Assembly (NCBI GenBank): GCA_025060075.1
Contig: JANXCZ010000038.1
Location: forward strand, 16,049 to 80,048
Direction: 5' to 3'
Length of the DNA: 64,000 nt
Origin: Thermodesulfovibrio sp.
Lineage (GTDB): Bacteria > Nitrospirota > Thermodesulfovibrionia > Thermodesulfovibrionales > Thermodesulfovibrionaceae
Shown here: positions 1 to 8,579 of the stretch, piece by piece
Layout: each line of letters starts with the position of its first letter
Numbering within the stretch: position 1 is the stretch's first letter
The notes under the pieces: model-generated
Told to the model about the DNA's origin: nothing
The model's input: only the letters and a program-made list of their open reading frames with translations
The model's database searches: none
Position numbers and translations under genes: made by a program

Positions 1-669
1 ATCAGATACCAAAATAATTCTCTCTTTACTTTTGATTTGAAATACCCATTTCAAAAGCTCATCCCTTATATGTCTACCATCTGCTATTAATTCTACATAA
101 ATGTCTTGATTAATAAGTCCAAATCCTGCTATTCCTGGCTCTCTATGATGTATTCCTCGCATAGCATTAAAAAGATGAGTTATAAGGCGAGCACCAGCTT
201 TATATCCATCTTCTGCCTCTTTATATGTGGCATCTGAATGTCCCATGCTTACAACTATTCCAGCTTCAAAGCATTTTTCAACTATTTTTAATATATTTGG
301 AAGTTCAGGTGCTACAGTCATTATCTTAACAATATCTTCTATGCCATCAATCAATCTATAAAAAACTTCAATATCAGGTTGCAAAAAATAATCAGGGTTT
401 AATGCTCCTGATTTTTCAGGATTTAAAAAAGGTCCTTCAAGATAGGCTCCAAGTATCTTTGCTCCTTCAGTTTGAAACTCCATAGCTTTTTTGATATTTA
501 AAAGAGTCTTTCTCATAAAACTAATTTCAGATGGATAAACTGCAATTAAAAAAGCATCAATGCCCATTGAGCCATAATCTTTAGCAAGACAGAGAATTTC
601 TTCATAAGATTCAATCTCTTTAATATCTATCTTATTTGTTCCGTGAAAGTGGATATCAATCAAAGACAT
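1..669 (-). CDS. nagA: N-acetylglucosamine-6-phosphate deacetylase (3' end outside window)
   Basis: Manual translation from ATG 669: MSLIDIHFHGT..., with LEGPFLNP, TVAPEL, SMGHSDAT and THLFNAMRG motifs of NagA; absent from the ORF track because it runs off the window. Confidence 0.9.
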   Translation of the reverse strand, partial: MSLIDIHFHGTNKIDIKEIESYEEILCLAKDYGSMGIDAFLIAVYPSEISFMRKTLLNIKKAMEFQTEGAKILGAYLEGPFLNPEKSGALNPDYFLQPDIEVFYRLIDGIEDIVKIMTVAPELPNILKIVEKCFEAGIVVSMGHSDATYKEAEDGYKAGARLITHLFNAMRGIHHREPGIAGFGLINQDIYVELIADGRHIRDELLKWVFQIKSKERIILVSD

Positions 670-684
670 GTTTTATCATAACAT
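670..684. promoter_or_regulatory. Putative symmetric bidirectional -10 promoter for two leaderless genes
   Basis: TATCAT (674-679, +) and TG-t-TATGAT (-10 at 675-680, -) overlap; each lies 5 nt before an ATG (685 +, 669 -). Confidence 0.55.
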
Positions 685-1377
685 ATGCTAATTAAATTAG
701 GTAAAATTAATATAGAAAACTTGCTTGCAAAGATGAAAAATCTTCCAGCCTCAGTAAAAATAACAGAAATATCAAAGTATTTTCTCGGTATTCCTTATAA
801 AAAAAACTCTCTTATAGGTAGTGTCTCTGAAAAAGAACAGCTCATTATTGACTTTGAAGGAGTTGATTGTATGACTTTTATTGAGTATATAGAGGCATTA
901 AGATCGTCCAATACCTATCAATCTTTTATTGAAAACTTAAAGTACGTGAGATACTTAAATGGAGTTGTTGATTTTAAAAAAAGAAGACATTTTTTTACTG
1001 ATTGGGTAAATTTAAAAACAGTAAAAAATATAACAGCACAACTAACAAGAAATTACCTAACAGTTAAGAAACAGCTTAACAAAAAAGATACTGGATTATG
1101 GATTGATGGATTAGATCCTAAAACTAGGATCATCAAATATATTCCTTCAGAATATATAGATAAAATTATTTCTCAACTAAAATCAGGTGACTACTGCGGA
1201 TTCTATACTTCCCAAGAAGGACTTGATGTTACCCATGTAGGAATATTGATAGTCCAAAAAAGAAGCATTAAACTTAGACATGCCTCAAGCCATAAATCAT
1301 TCGTAGTAGATGATGATTTTATAGAATACTCAAAACAAAAGGAAGGTATAATAATCTTCAGACCTAAGGAGATTTAG
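685..1377 (+). CDS. DUF1460 / AmiA-like N-acetylmuramoyl-L-alanine amidase (NlpC/P60 superfamily)
   Basis: FLGIPY, DCMTFIE, RRHFFTDW, GLDVTHVG and HASS motifs; no signal peptide. Confidence 0.85.
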   Translation: MLIKLGKINIENLLAKMKNLPASVKITEISKYFLGIPYKKNSLIGSVSEKEQLIIDFEGVDCMTFIEYIEALRSSNTYQSFIENLKYVRYLNGVVDFKKRRHFFTDWVNLKTVKNITAQLTRNYLTVKKQLNKKDTGLWIDGLDPKTRIIKYIPSEYIDKIISQLKSGDYCGFYTSQEGLDVTHVGILIVQKRSIKLRHASSHKSFVVDDDFIEYSKQKEGIIIFRPKEI

Positions 1378-2256
1378 ATGGTATATCTTCATGAAAGAAA
1401 AAAACAAATACAAAAGGTTCTTTTAATTACGTTTTTATTAAACTTTACTGTTTCCTTATCAAAAATAATCTATGGATGGATTATAAACTCTGTGGCTATA
1501 TATTCAGATGGATTTCACTCACTTTTTGACGGAATCTCCAATATAGGAGGACTAATTGCTCTCTCTATAGCAAGTCATCCTCCTGATAGAGAACATCCCT
1601 ATGGACATAGAAAGTTTGAAACAGTTTTTGCAATCTTTATAGGAGTTTTAATGTCTCTTACCGCATTAGAAATAATCAGAAATGTTTATAAATCTTTTGT
1701 TGAAACAAGAAAACCTGAAATAGACGAAAAAACCTTTATTGTTCTATCTATCACTCTCATAATTAATATTTTTGTGTACCTTTATGAAAAGAAAAAAGGA
1801 AGGGAACTTAAAAGTGAATTTCTCATCGCTGACTCAGCTCACACAAAGGTTGATATATATATTACTATGGGAGTAATATTAAGCGTAATTATATCAAAAA
1901 CAAAAGAGTTTTCAATTATTGATCCTTTAGCAGGCTTAATAGTAGGAATATTTGTAGCTCGAGAGGCTATCCTAATCATAAAAGAATCTGCCCATATTCT
2001 TGCTGATAGAACAGCCATTGATAGTGAAAGAATTGCCAGTGTTGTTAAAGAATGTAAAGATGTTAAAGCATGCAAAGATATAAGAACAAGAGGAACAGTA
2101 GGACAAATATTTGTTGATTTAAAGATCTTAGTAAATCCTGCTATATCTGTCTCTGAGGCTCATGATATTGCAGATAAAGTGGAAAAAATTATAAAAAAAG
2201 AATTTCCTGATGTTATTGATGTAATGGTTCATATAGAACCTTCTGAAAAGGATTAA
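1378..2256 (+). CDS. Cation diffusion facilitator (FieF-like) transporter
   Basis: DGFHSLFD, HPYGHRKFE, ADSAHTKVD and C-terminal dimerisation domain (EAHDIA...VHIEP). Confidence 0.92.
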   Translation: MVYLHERKKQIQKVLLITFLLNFTVSLSKIIYGWIINSVAIYSDGFHSLFDGISNIGGLIALSIASHPPDREHPYGHRKFETVFAIFIGVLMSLTALEIIRNVYKSFVETRKPEIDEKTFIVLSITLIINIFVYLYEKKKGRELKSEFLIADSAHTKVDIYITMGVILSVIISKTKEFSIIDPLAGLIVGIFVAREAILIIKESAHILADRTAIDSERIASVVKECKDVKACKDIRTRGTVGQIFVDLKILVNPAISVSEAHDIADKVEKIIKKEFPDVIDVMVHIEPSEKD

Positions 2257-2570
2257 AGTAGTGATTCTGAATCAAAACATTTTAAGGAGTTTAAATATTG
2301 CTCCCACTCCATTGGAAGCATATATTTTTTCTTATTATTGCAATCCTTACAGGCAGGAACTATATTACTTTTGACTGATTTTCCGCCTCTTATTATAGGT
2401 ACTATATGATCCATTGTTAACTTATTTTCTGGAACCTCTTTTCCACAGTAGTAACATCTTCTCTTTGCAACTTTTCTACGCCACCATGAACTATTTCTAA
2501 GAATTTTCGCCTTTTGTTTTTCGATTTTTATCTCTTCCTCAGTCACAGAAGGAATAAAAAATTTTTCCAT
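2253..2570 (-). CDS. Small stand-alone HNH endonuclease
   Basis: CYYC...TMDHIVP...GG...N...ACKDCNNKK. Confidence 0.85.
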   Translation of the reverse strand: MEKFFIPSVTEEEIKIEKQKAKILRNSSWWRRKVAKRRCYYCGKEVPENKLTMDHIVPIIRGGKSVKSNIVPACKDCNNKKKYMLPMEWEQYLNSLKCFDSESLL

Positions 2571-2848
2571 TAACGTACAAATCTCTTTTTTTCTTCTTCT
2601 TCAAAAAATTTTTTATAGAGAATATTCCACTCAGGACTTCCTTCAATCACTTTTTTTGAAAATGATTGAAGTTTTCTTCTTACAACTTCATCAATTGCTT
2701 CACCAATTTTTAAAGCCTGTATAAAACTTCTCTTAATCTCTCTTCTTACTTCTTGCTCTTCAACTTTTAGTTTAATTAGTCCTTTATTTATTAGACCATT
2801 GAATAAAACATGTGAAGTGTGAGTTATTTTTTCATCTGAAAGCATCAT
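2570..2848 (-). CDS. DUF507 family protein
   Basis: LSDEKITHTSH...IEGSPEWNILYKK pattern; coupled to its neighbours. Confidence 0.75.
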   Translation of the reverse strand: MMLSDEKITHTSHVLFNGLINKGLIKLKVEEQEVRREIKRSFIQALKIGEAIDEVVRRKLQSFSKKVIEGSPEWNILYKKFFEEEEKKRFVR

Positions 2849-3126
2849 AACACTAAATTCCTCTGTTTAACAAGTTTTTGTTTTGTCATCTCAAAGAGCT
2901 TTCTGTAGTCTAATTTACCTTTTTCTATTTCAGCTTCATACTTTTTAAGAAGCTCTCTTATTTCTTCATTAAGTCTGTCTTCAACCATTAGTTCATCCAA
3001 AATAAGCTGCTCAGCCTCCTTTAGAAGTTGCTCCTTAGGAACCGTCATCTCAATCATATTCTTTTTTAAAAGGTTTTCTATTATATTACTTGCTATGTAT
3101 GGTATCCAAGTTTTAGGTATTCTCAT
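2845..3126 (-). CDS. DUF507 family protein
   Basis: EDRLNEEIRELL...DYRKLFEMTKQKL pattern. Confidence 0.75.
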   Translation of the reverse strand: MRIPKTWIPYIASNIIENLLKKNMIEMTVPKEQLLKEAEQLILDELMVEDRLNEEIRELLKKYEAEIEKGKLDYRKLFEMTKQKLVKQRNLVL

Positions 3127-3131
3127 ATTCC

Positions 3132-3365
3132 CTAAATCTCAATATAGGGTAATAAAGCTACAGATCTTGCTCTTTTAATTGCCTTTGTAAGCTGTCTCTG
3201 ATGCGTTGCACACGTTCCTGTCATCTTTCGTGAAAGAATCTTACCACGCTCAGTCATAAATCCTCTTAGTAATTTAACATTTTTGTAATCAATAAAATCA
3301 ATTTTTTCTGCACAAAACTTACAGTATTTTTTTCTAAAAAATCTTCTTTGAGTTGTCTGTTGCAC
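3132..3365 (-). CDS. rpsR: 30S ribosomal protein S18
   Basis: CKFC...IDYKN...[19 protein letters not shown]; GTG start with GGAGG SD. Confidence 0.97.
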   Translation of the reverse strand: MQQTTQRRFFRKKYCKFCAEKIDFIDYKNVKLLRGFMTERGKILSRKMTGTCATHQRQLTKAIKRARSVALLPYIEI

Positions 3366-3379
3366 ACTTACCTCCCTCT

Positions 3380-3766
3380 TTAAAATGGTTCTAAATCTGA
3401 AAATTCTTCTGGTGGAATCTGGTTAAAATCTTCAGGTTGAGCAGGCTCTCTTTTAGGAAAAAATCTTATACTATTTGCAATTACTTCAAATTTGCTCTTT
3501 TTTTGTCCTTCATACTCCCATCTTCTTTCTCTTAAACGTCCTTCAACTAATACAGTCCTACCTTTATTCAAGTACTGAGTACATGTTTCAGCTTGTTTGC
3601 CAAATACTATAGCATCAATAAATAAAGTCTCTTCTTTAATATCTTCACCTTGTTTGTATCTTGAATTAACAGCTATAGGCACCGTAGCAACTGCTACTCC
3701 AGAAGGTGTATATCTTATCTCAGGGTCTCTTGTAAGATTTCCTATGAGTATTATTCTATTAAACAT
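3380..3766 (-). CDS. ssb: Single-stranded DNA-binding protein
   Basis: [18 protein letters not shown], acidic C-terminus ending in PF; lies between rpsF and rpsR. Confidence 0.97.
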   Translation of the reverse strand: MFNRIILIGNLTRDPEIRYTPSGVAVATVPIAVNSRYKQGEDIKEETLFIDAIVFGKQAETCTQYLNKGRTVLVEGRLRERRWEYEGQKKSKFEVIANSIRFFPKREPAQPEDFNQIPPEEFSDLEPF

Positions 3767-3776
3767 ATCTCTATCT

Positions 3777-4139
3777 CTATACCTTAGATGTTAATTCTGA
3801 ATGTTCTACTGGAATTCCTTTTATTTCAGGTGGCAAAGAGGCAATCTGATGCTTTGTAAGCTTAAGAATCATGAATTTAAAAACATTCTCATAAACTTTG
3901 TAAAATTCTTCTATCTTTTTTATTGAAGAAGCTGGAGCTTTAAATAGAAATAAAACATAGTATCCCATCGTCTGTTTATTAAGTTTATAGGCAAGCTTTC
4001 TTTTGCCCCAGTTATCAACCTTTAAAACTTCTCCACCATTTTCAACAATAAAGGATGATATTTTCTTGATTGCCTCTTGAACCTCTTCTTCACTAAGAGT
4101 TGGAAGAAGGAGAACCATATTTTCATAAAAATTATTCAT
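3777..4139 (-). CDS. rpsF: 30S ribosomal protein S6
   Basis: YENM...WGKRKLAY...GYY; start moved to ATG 4139, which follows a GGAGGT SD. Confidence 0.95.
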   Translation of the reverse strand: MNNFYENMVLLLPTLSEEEVQEAIKKISSFIVENGGEVLKVDNWGKRKLAYKLNKQTMGYYVLFLFKAPASSIKKIEEFYKVYENVFKFMILKLTKHQIASLPPEIKGIPVEHSELTSKV

Positions 4140-4145
4140 TACATA

Positions 4146-4194
4146 ACCTCCATCTGGACTTTTAGCCCTTATCATCAAGACAAGGGCATGGAGT
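4146..4194 (-). ncRNA. S6:S18 ribosomal protein leader (cis-regulatory RNA)
   Basis: Minus strand ACUCCAU-GCCCUUGUC-UUGAU-GAUAAGGGC-UAAAAGUCCAG-AUGGAGGU: hairpin with an internal loop carrying CC and a basal stem sequestering the rpsF SD, matching the known S6:S18 motif layout. Confidence 0.8.
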
Positions 4195-4235
4195 AAACAA
4201 AAGTTACAACTATTTTTATAACATATTTATCACTT

Positions 4236-5138
4236 TTAAATCAAACTGTAATACTTTAGCTTTTTATTAAGAGTATTTCTGTTTATTCCAAGAATCTTTG
4301 CAGCCTTTAATTGATTTCCTCCTGTTTCATTGATTGTAAGAGTAAGCAATGCTTTCTCAACTTCTTGTATAACAGTCTCATAGAGATTAGAGTTCCCAAT
4401 ATTTGCAAATTCCTTCAAAAGATTACCAAGTTTTAGTTCAAGAAAATTCTTTATAGAAAGTTTATCACTATACTCACCAAACAAATCCTTAGATGTAAGT
4501 CTATGGTGTCTTGAAAGAAGACAGGCTTTAGTTAAACATTGCTTTAACTGATATGCATTCTCTGTCCATGAATAATCTAATAAAGCCTCCTGAGCATCCT
4601 TTGAAAGCTCTTTTTTAGGGAGCTTTAAAAATTCTGAAATTTCTTGAAGAAAAAAATTAGCAAGAGGAATAATATCTTGTTTTCTTTCTCTTAAAGGTGG
4701 AATATAGATTTTTTTCGAGTTTAATAAAAGTTCATATAGTTCAAGGGATATTTTACCGTTTCTGTAAAGTTGCTCATATTCCTCATCAGCTATAAAGATA
4801 GCACATCTAAAGCTCTTTTCAGGGTTGAAAAGAGAGGATATGTCAATGTTTTCAAAATTTTGAATAATATAAACTGTATTTTTCTGCTTAGATGAAGAAA
4901 GTTTTTTATTTAAATCCTCTGGAATTGCAATAACCTCAGGTTGATTTAAATATCCAAGAATTATCCTAACTAAGTAATCCTTTTCTGTTCCTTTTTCACC
5001 ATATAAGAAAAATATCTCATTTTCAAAGGAAAAATTCTTTATTTCCTCTAAAATCTTTCGCATAGAAGGACTTTTATATACCCGAGCTAAATATATGGGC
5101 AGGTTAGAATACTTTATTTCCAGCATACTAAATTTCAT
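4236..5138 (-). CDS. Degenerate sigma54-activator-like (AAA+ / Fis-HTH) regulator
   Basis: GEKGTEKD (altered Walker A), IPPLRERKQDI, YSWTENAYQL, C-terminal GNQLKAAKILGINRNTL HTH; no GAFTGA. Confidence 0.75.
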   Translation of the reverse strand: MKFSMLEIKYSNLPIYLARVYKSPSMRKILEEIKNFSFENEIFFLYGEKGTEKDYLVRIILGYLNQPEVIAIPEDLNKKLSSSKQKNTVYIIQNFENIDISSLFNPEKSFRCAIFIADEEYEQLYRNGKISLELYELLLNSKKIYIPPLRERKQDIIPLANFFLQEISEFLKLPKKELSKDAQEALLDYSWTENAYQLKQCLTKACLLSRHHRLTSKDLFGEYSDKLSIKNFLELKLGNLLKEFANIGNSNLYETVIQEVEKALLTLTINETGGNQLKAAKILGINRNTLNKKLKYYSLI

Positions 5139-5147
5139 AAGGCTCTC

Positions 5148-5765
5148 CTACCTATAGAGTTGGTTTTCTTCGATGTATCTTATAACAGCATCTGGCACCA
5201 AATAACGAATACTTTTGCCCTTTTTAAGCATTTCTCTTAATAAAGTGGAGGATGTCCAAAATGGTGAAACTGATATAAAAAAAGCTTTTTTATCAGAGTT
5301 TTTTATTCTAAAACAGTTTTCAGACTCCTTGTCTTCTATAAACTCTGACTTCTCTAAACTATTAAAACCTGGTCTTGACATTACGATAAAATCCACCATT
5401 TTTAGCAAATCTTCATATTTATACCAAAATTTTAACTCTAAAAAGGCATCAATACCCATTATAAAAAAAAGAGTATCCCTTTGGTAAAGTTCTTTAAAAT
5501 ATCTCAATGTATTAAAAGTATAAGACGTTTTATTCTGTCTAACTTCAATATCTGAAACCTCAAAAAAAGGATTACCATTTATTGCCAGCTCTGTCATCTT
5601 AAGTCTATGCTCAGCATCTATAACTTCCTGTTTTTTTAAGGGAGGCATTCCTGAAGGAATAAAAACTATTTTATCCAGGTTAAATGCCTCCCTTACTTCC
5701 TCTGCTACTCTTAAATGTGCAAAATGAATAGGATTAAAAGTGCCTCCCAAAAGTCCTATTCTCAT
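5148..5765 (-). CDS. nadD: Nicotinate-nucleotide adenylyltransferase
   Basis: GGTFNPIHFAH, SYT, FIMGID, SSTLLR; start at ATG 5765 overlaps the proA stop (ATGA). Confidence 0.95.
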   Translation of the reverse strand: MRIGLLGGTFNPIHFAHLRVAEEVREAFNLDKIVFIPSGMPPLKKQEVIDAEHRLKMTELAINGNPFFEVSDIEVRQNKTSYTFNTLRYFKELYQRDTLFFIMGIDAFLELKFWYKYEDLLKMVDFIVMSRPGFNSLEKSEFIEDKESENCFRIKNSDKKAFFISVSPFWTSSTLLREMLKKGKSIRYLVPDAVIRYIEENQLYR

Positions 5766-7018
5766 TGCCTTAGTTGTCCACTTCCAAAGACTATGAATTT
5801 CGTACAAGTCAGTTCCTCAACTCCCATAGGTCCACGCGCATGAATTTTATCAGTTGAAATTCCTATTTCTGCACCAAGCCCAAATTGATATCCATCATTA
5901 AGTCTTGTTGATGCATTTACAAAAACTGCAGAGGAGTCAACTTCTCTTAAAAATCTCATAGCCTTACTATAATCCTTAGTTACTATAGCATCTGAGTGTG
6001 CTGAGCCATACTTTGTTATATGTTCAATAGCCTCATCAATATCCTTTACGACTTTTACATTGAGTATTAAATCAAGATATTCATTATAAAAGTCTTCTTC
6101 TTTTACATCCTTTACATTTGGATATATACTCTTTGTTTTTAGACATCCCCTAAGTTCCACTCCTGCTTCTTCAAATCTCTTTAACATTTTTGGTAAAAAC
6201 TTCTCTGCTATTTCTTCATCAACAAGCATTGTCTCCATTGCATTACATGTGGCAGGTCTTTGTACCTTAGCATTAAAACAAATCTCCTCAGCCATTAATA
6301 AATCGGCATCTCTATCAACAAAGACGTGACATACACCTTTGTAGTGCTTCAAAACAGGAATTCTTGAGTTTTCTGTTACAGTTCTTATAAGTCCTTCTCC
6401 TCCACGAGGAATTATGAGATCAATTATTCCTTCAAGCTTTATCATCTCAAGCACAGCTTCTCTTTGAGGAATATCTATATAGGTGACAACACCCTCATGC
6501 ATCCCTTCATCCTTTAATGCTTCCTTTAAAACTTTTACTAAGGCAACATTTGAGTTTATGGCTTCAGAACCACCTCTTAGGACTACTGAGTTTCCCGCTT
6601 TAAGACATAATCCAGTTACATCTACCGTAACATTTGGCCTTGCTTCATAAATTACACCTATTACTCCTATTGGTACTCTCATTTTACCCACTTGCATTCC
6701 ATTAGGTCTAAGCCACATCTTTGTTATTTCTCCAACAGGATCTGGTAGTGCTGCAACTTCTTTAAGACCATTTATCATCTCATCAATTCTTTTTTCATTT
6801 AGGGTAAGTCTGTCAATTAAAGCCTTAGAAATTCCCTTTTTCTCTGCGTTTTCTAAATCCACTCTGTTTGCACTTAGAAGTTCGTCCTTTCTTTCTTTTA
6901 AGTACTCTGCCATTCTAATAATTATTCTGTTTTTTTGTTCTGTTGATGCCTTCGCTATAAATCTTGATGCTTCCTTAGCCTGCAATGCTTTGTTCAAAAC
7001 TACCTGTTTTATCTCCAT
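5762..7018 (-). CDS. proA: Gamma-glutamyl phosphate reductase
   Basis: IYEARPNVT, IPRGGEGLI, CNAMET, NASTRLNDG, HARGPMG; start at 7018 after a GGGGT SD. Confidence 0.97.
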   Translation of the reverse strand: MEIKQVVLNKALQAKEASRFIAKASTEQKNRIIIRMAEYLKERKDELLSANRVDLENAEKKGISKALIDRLTLNEKRIDEMINGLKEVAALPDPVGEITKMWLRPNGMQVGKMRVPIGVIGVIYEARPNVTVDVTGLCLKAGNSVVLRGGSEAINSNVALVKVLKEALKDEGMHEGVVTYIDIPQREAVLEMIKLEGIIDLIIPRGGEGLIRTVTENSRIPVLKHYKGVCHVFVDRDADLLMAEEICFNAKVQRPATCNAMETMLVDEEIAEKFLPKMLKRFEEAGVELRGCLKTKSIYPNVKDVKEEDFYNEYLDLILNVKVVKDIDEAIEHITKYGSAHSDAIVTKDYSKAMRFLREVDSSAVFVNASTRLNDGYQFGLGAEIGISTDKIHARGPMGVEELTCTKFIVFGSGQLRQ

Positions 7019-7045
7019 TTTTACCCCCTTTATAAATTTTTCAAT

Positions 7046-7074
7046 TTGCATATTTTAACTTTTTTTGTTATATT
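7046..7074 (+). promoter_or_regulatory. Putative sigma70 promoter of ferredoxin
   Basis: TTGCAT-17-TATATT with extended -10 TG. Confidence 0.5.
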
Positions 7075-7110
7075 TTATAAAAAATATTTAAAATTAAGGA
7101 GGAGGGTATT

Positions 7111-7293
7111 ATGCCAACACCAGTAGTTGATTTTGACCTTTGTGTAGGATGTGGAAGCTGCGCTGAGGTATGTCCTGAAGTTTTTGAGATGAGAGATGAC
7201 AAGGCATGGGTAATTGGTCCTGACAAATGTTCTACATGCGACTGTCAGCAAGCTGCTGATCTTTGTCCCTCTCAAGCTATCAAATTTGAATAA
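7111..7293 (+). CDS. fdx: Ferredoxin, single [4Fe-4S] type
   Basis: CVGCGSCAEVCP ... LCP; strong AGGAGG SD. Confidence 0.93.
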   Translation: MPTPVVDFDLCVGCGSCAEVCPEVFEMRDDKAWVIGPDKCSTCDCQQAADLCPSQAIKFE

Positions 7294-7295
7294 GT

Positions 7296-7330
7296 TTTTG
7301 AGGGTGGAGGAAAAACCTCTGCCCTCAAAA
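7296..7330. terminator. Bidirectional intrinsic terminator
   Basis: ttttgagggtggagg-aaaaa-cctctgccctcaaaa hairpin between convergent fdx and NUDIX genes. Confidence 0.75.
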
Positions 7331-7331
7331 T

Positions 7332-7892
7332 TTAATCTATAAATTTTTTAGCCAGCTCTAAAAATCCAAATATCTTTAAATCTAAATAATTTCCTTGCTT
7401 TCTCAATTCATTGAGCTTGTCAAATACCTCATCTGCTAAAATCTTTAAAACTTCTATATTTTCACTCTCATCTGGAAGATAGTATTTTCTTAATTCTTCT
7501 GGAGCTTCTTTTACATTCTTTGCAATAAATACTGTCAACACCTCTGTTGAAAGCCCTGAAGAAACCGGTCCTTCTGCAAGAAATATAATTTCATCAGAAA
7601 ACAAACCTGTCTCCTCAATCAGTTCTCTTTTGGCTACTTCTATCAAGGACTCTCTTCTGTCATTCAATCCAGCTGGAAACTCTATAACATATCCTCCAAG
7701 AACTGGTCTAAACTGTCTAATAAAAACAAACTCTCTATTTTCTGTTATAGGTATAACTATAACAACTCCATTACAGTTTACCCTTTCAACAGCCTCCCAC
7801 TGTCTTATATTGCCATGGGAGTCTTCATAAGAAACTAATACAATTCTTAGATATTTTCCTTGCCAAACTACCTCTTTCTTTAGAATTCTCAT
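7332..7892 (-). CDS. NUDIX hydrolase (ADP-ribose pyrophosphatase-like)
   Basis: RQFRP...EFPAG...AKRELIEETG Nudix box. Confidence 0.9.
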   Translation of the reverse strand: MRILKKEVVWQGKYLRIVLVSYEDSHGNIRQWEAVERVNCNGVVIVIPITENREFVFIRQFRPVLGGYVIEFPAGLNDRRESLIEVAKRELIEETGLFSDEIIFLAEGPVSSGLSTEVLTVFIAKNVKEAPEELRKYYLPDESENIEVLKILADEVFDKLNELRKQGNYLDLKIFGFLELAKKFID

Positions 7893-7899
7893 TTAAAAA

Positions 7900-8241
7900 C
7901 TATCCTGGAGGCCAATGCATCTGTCTTCCTGCTAAGATATGAAAATGAAGATGATAAACTGTCTGCCCTCCCTGAGAGTTACAGTTTACAACTACTCTAA
8001 AACCTCTTTCATCAACACCCTTTTGTTTTGCTATTTCTTTTATAACCATAAAGATATGGCCTATTAATTCTTTATCATCTTCATTTATTTCAAGGAGATT
8101 AGAATAATGTTTTTTTGGAATTACAAGAATATGAACAGGAGCCTGAGGAGCAATATCCTCAAAGGCTAAAACTGTATTATCCTCATAAACAATTCTTGAT
8201 GGAATCTCTTTTTTTACAATCTTACAAAATATACAACTCAT
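7900..8241 (-). CDS. hinT: Histidine triad nucleotide-binding protein
   Basis: CIFCKI...GGQTVYHLHFHILAGR..WPPG. Confidence 0.92.
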   Translation of the reverse strand: MSCIFCKIVKKEIPSRIVYEDNTVLAFEDIAPQAPVHILVIPKKHYSNLLEINEDDKELIGHIFMVIKEIAKQKGVDERGFRVVVNCNSQGGQTVYHLHFHILAGRQMHWPPG

Positions 8242-8243
8242 TC

Positions 8244-8579
8244 TCAGTAACTTCCACTAAGCTCTATTTTCCTAAAAAAACAGGTTCTATTTCCTGTATG
8301 ACAGGCACCTTCACCATATTGTTTAACCATAATAAGCAACGTATCAGCATCACAGTCATAATATATCTCTTTGACTTCCTGAAGATTTCCTGATGTCTCA
8401 CCTTTTTTCCAATAAGTTTTTCTTGAGCGTGACCAAAAATGAGTAAATCCGCTTTCAATTGTTCTTTTTAATGCCTCCTTATCCATGTATGCAACCATTA
8501 AAACCTCTTTTGTATCAATCTCCTGAACTACAGCAGGAATAAGTCCCTTTTCATCAAACTTAAGCTCCGAAATGCTCAT
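8244..8579 (-). CDS. hisI: Phosphoribosyl-AMP cyclohydrolase
   Basis: [14 protein letters not shown]...DCDAD...ACHTG..TCF. Confidence 0.96.
   Translation of the reverse strand: MSISELKFDEKGLIPAVVQEIDTKEVLMVAYMDKEALKRTIESGFTHFWSRSRKTYWKKGETSGNLQEVKEIYYDCDADTLLIMVKQYGEGACHTGNRTCFFRKIELSGSY

Noticed and set aside
2253-2570. HNH gene as a mobile or anti-phage defence cassette
   Set aside because: No methylase, ATPase, repeats or mobility genes nearby; it is coupled to housekeeping genes.
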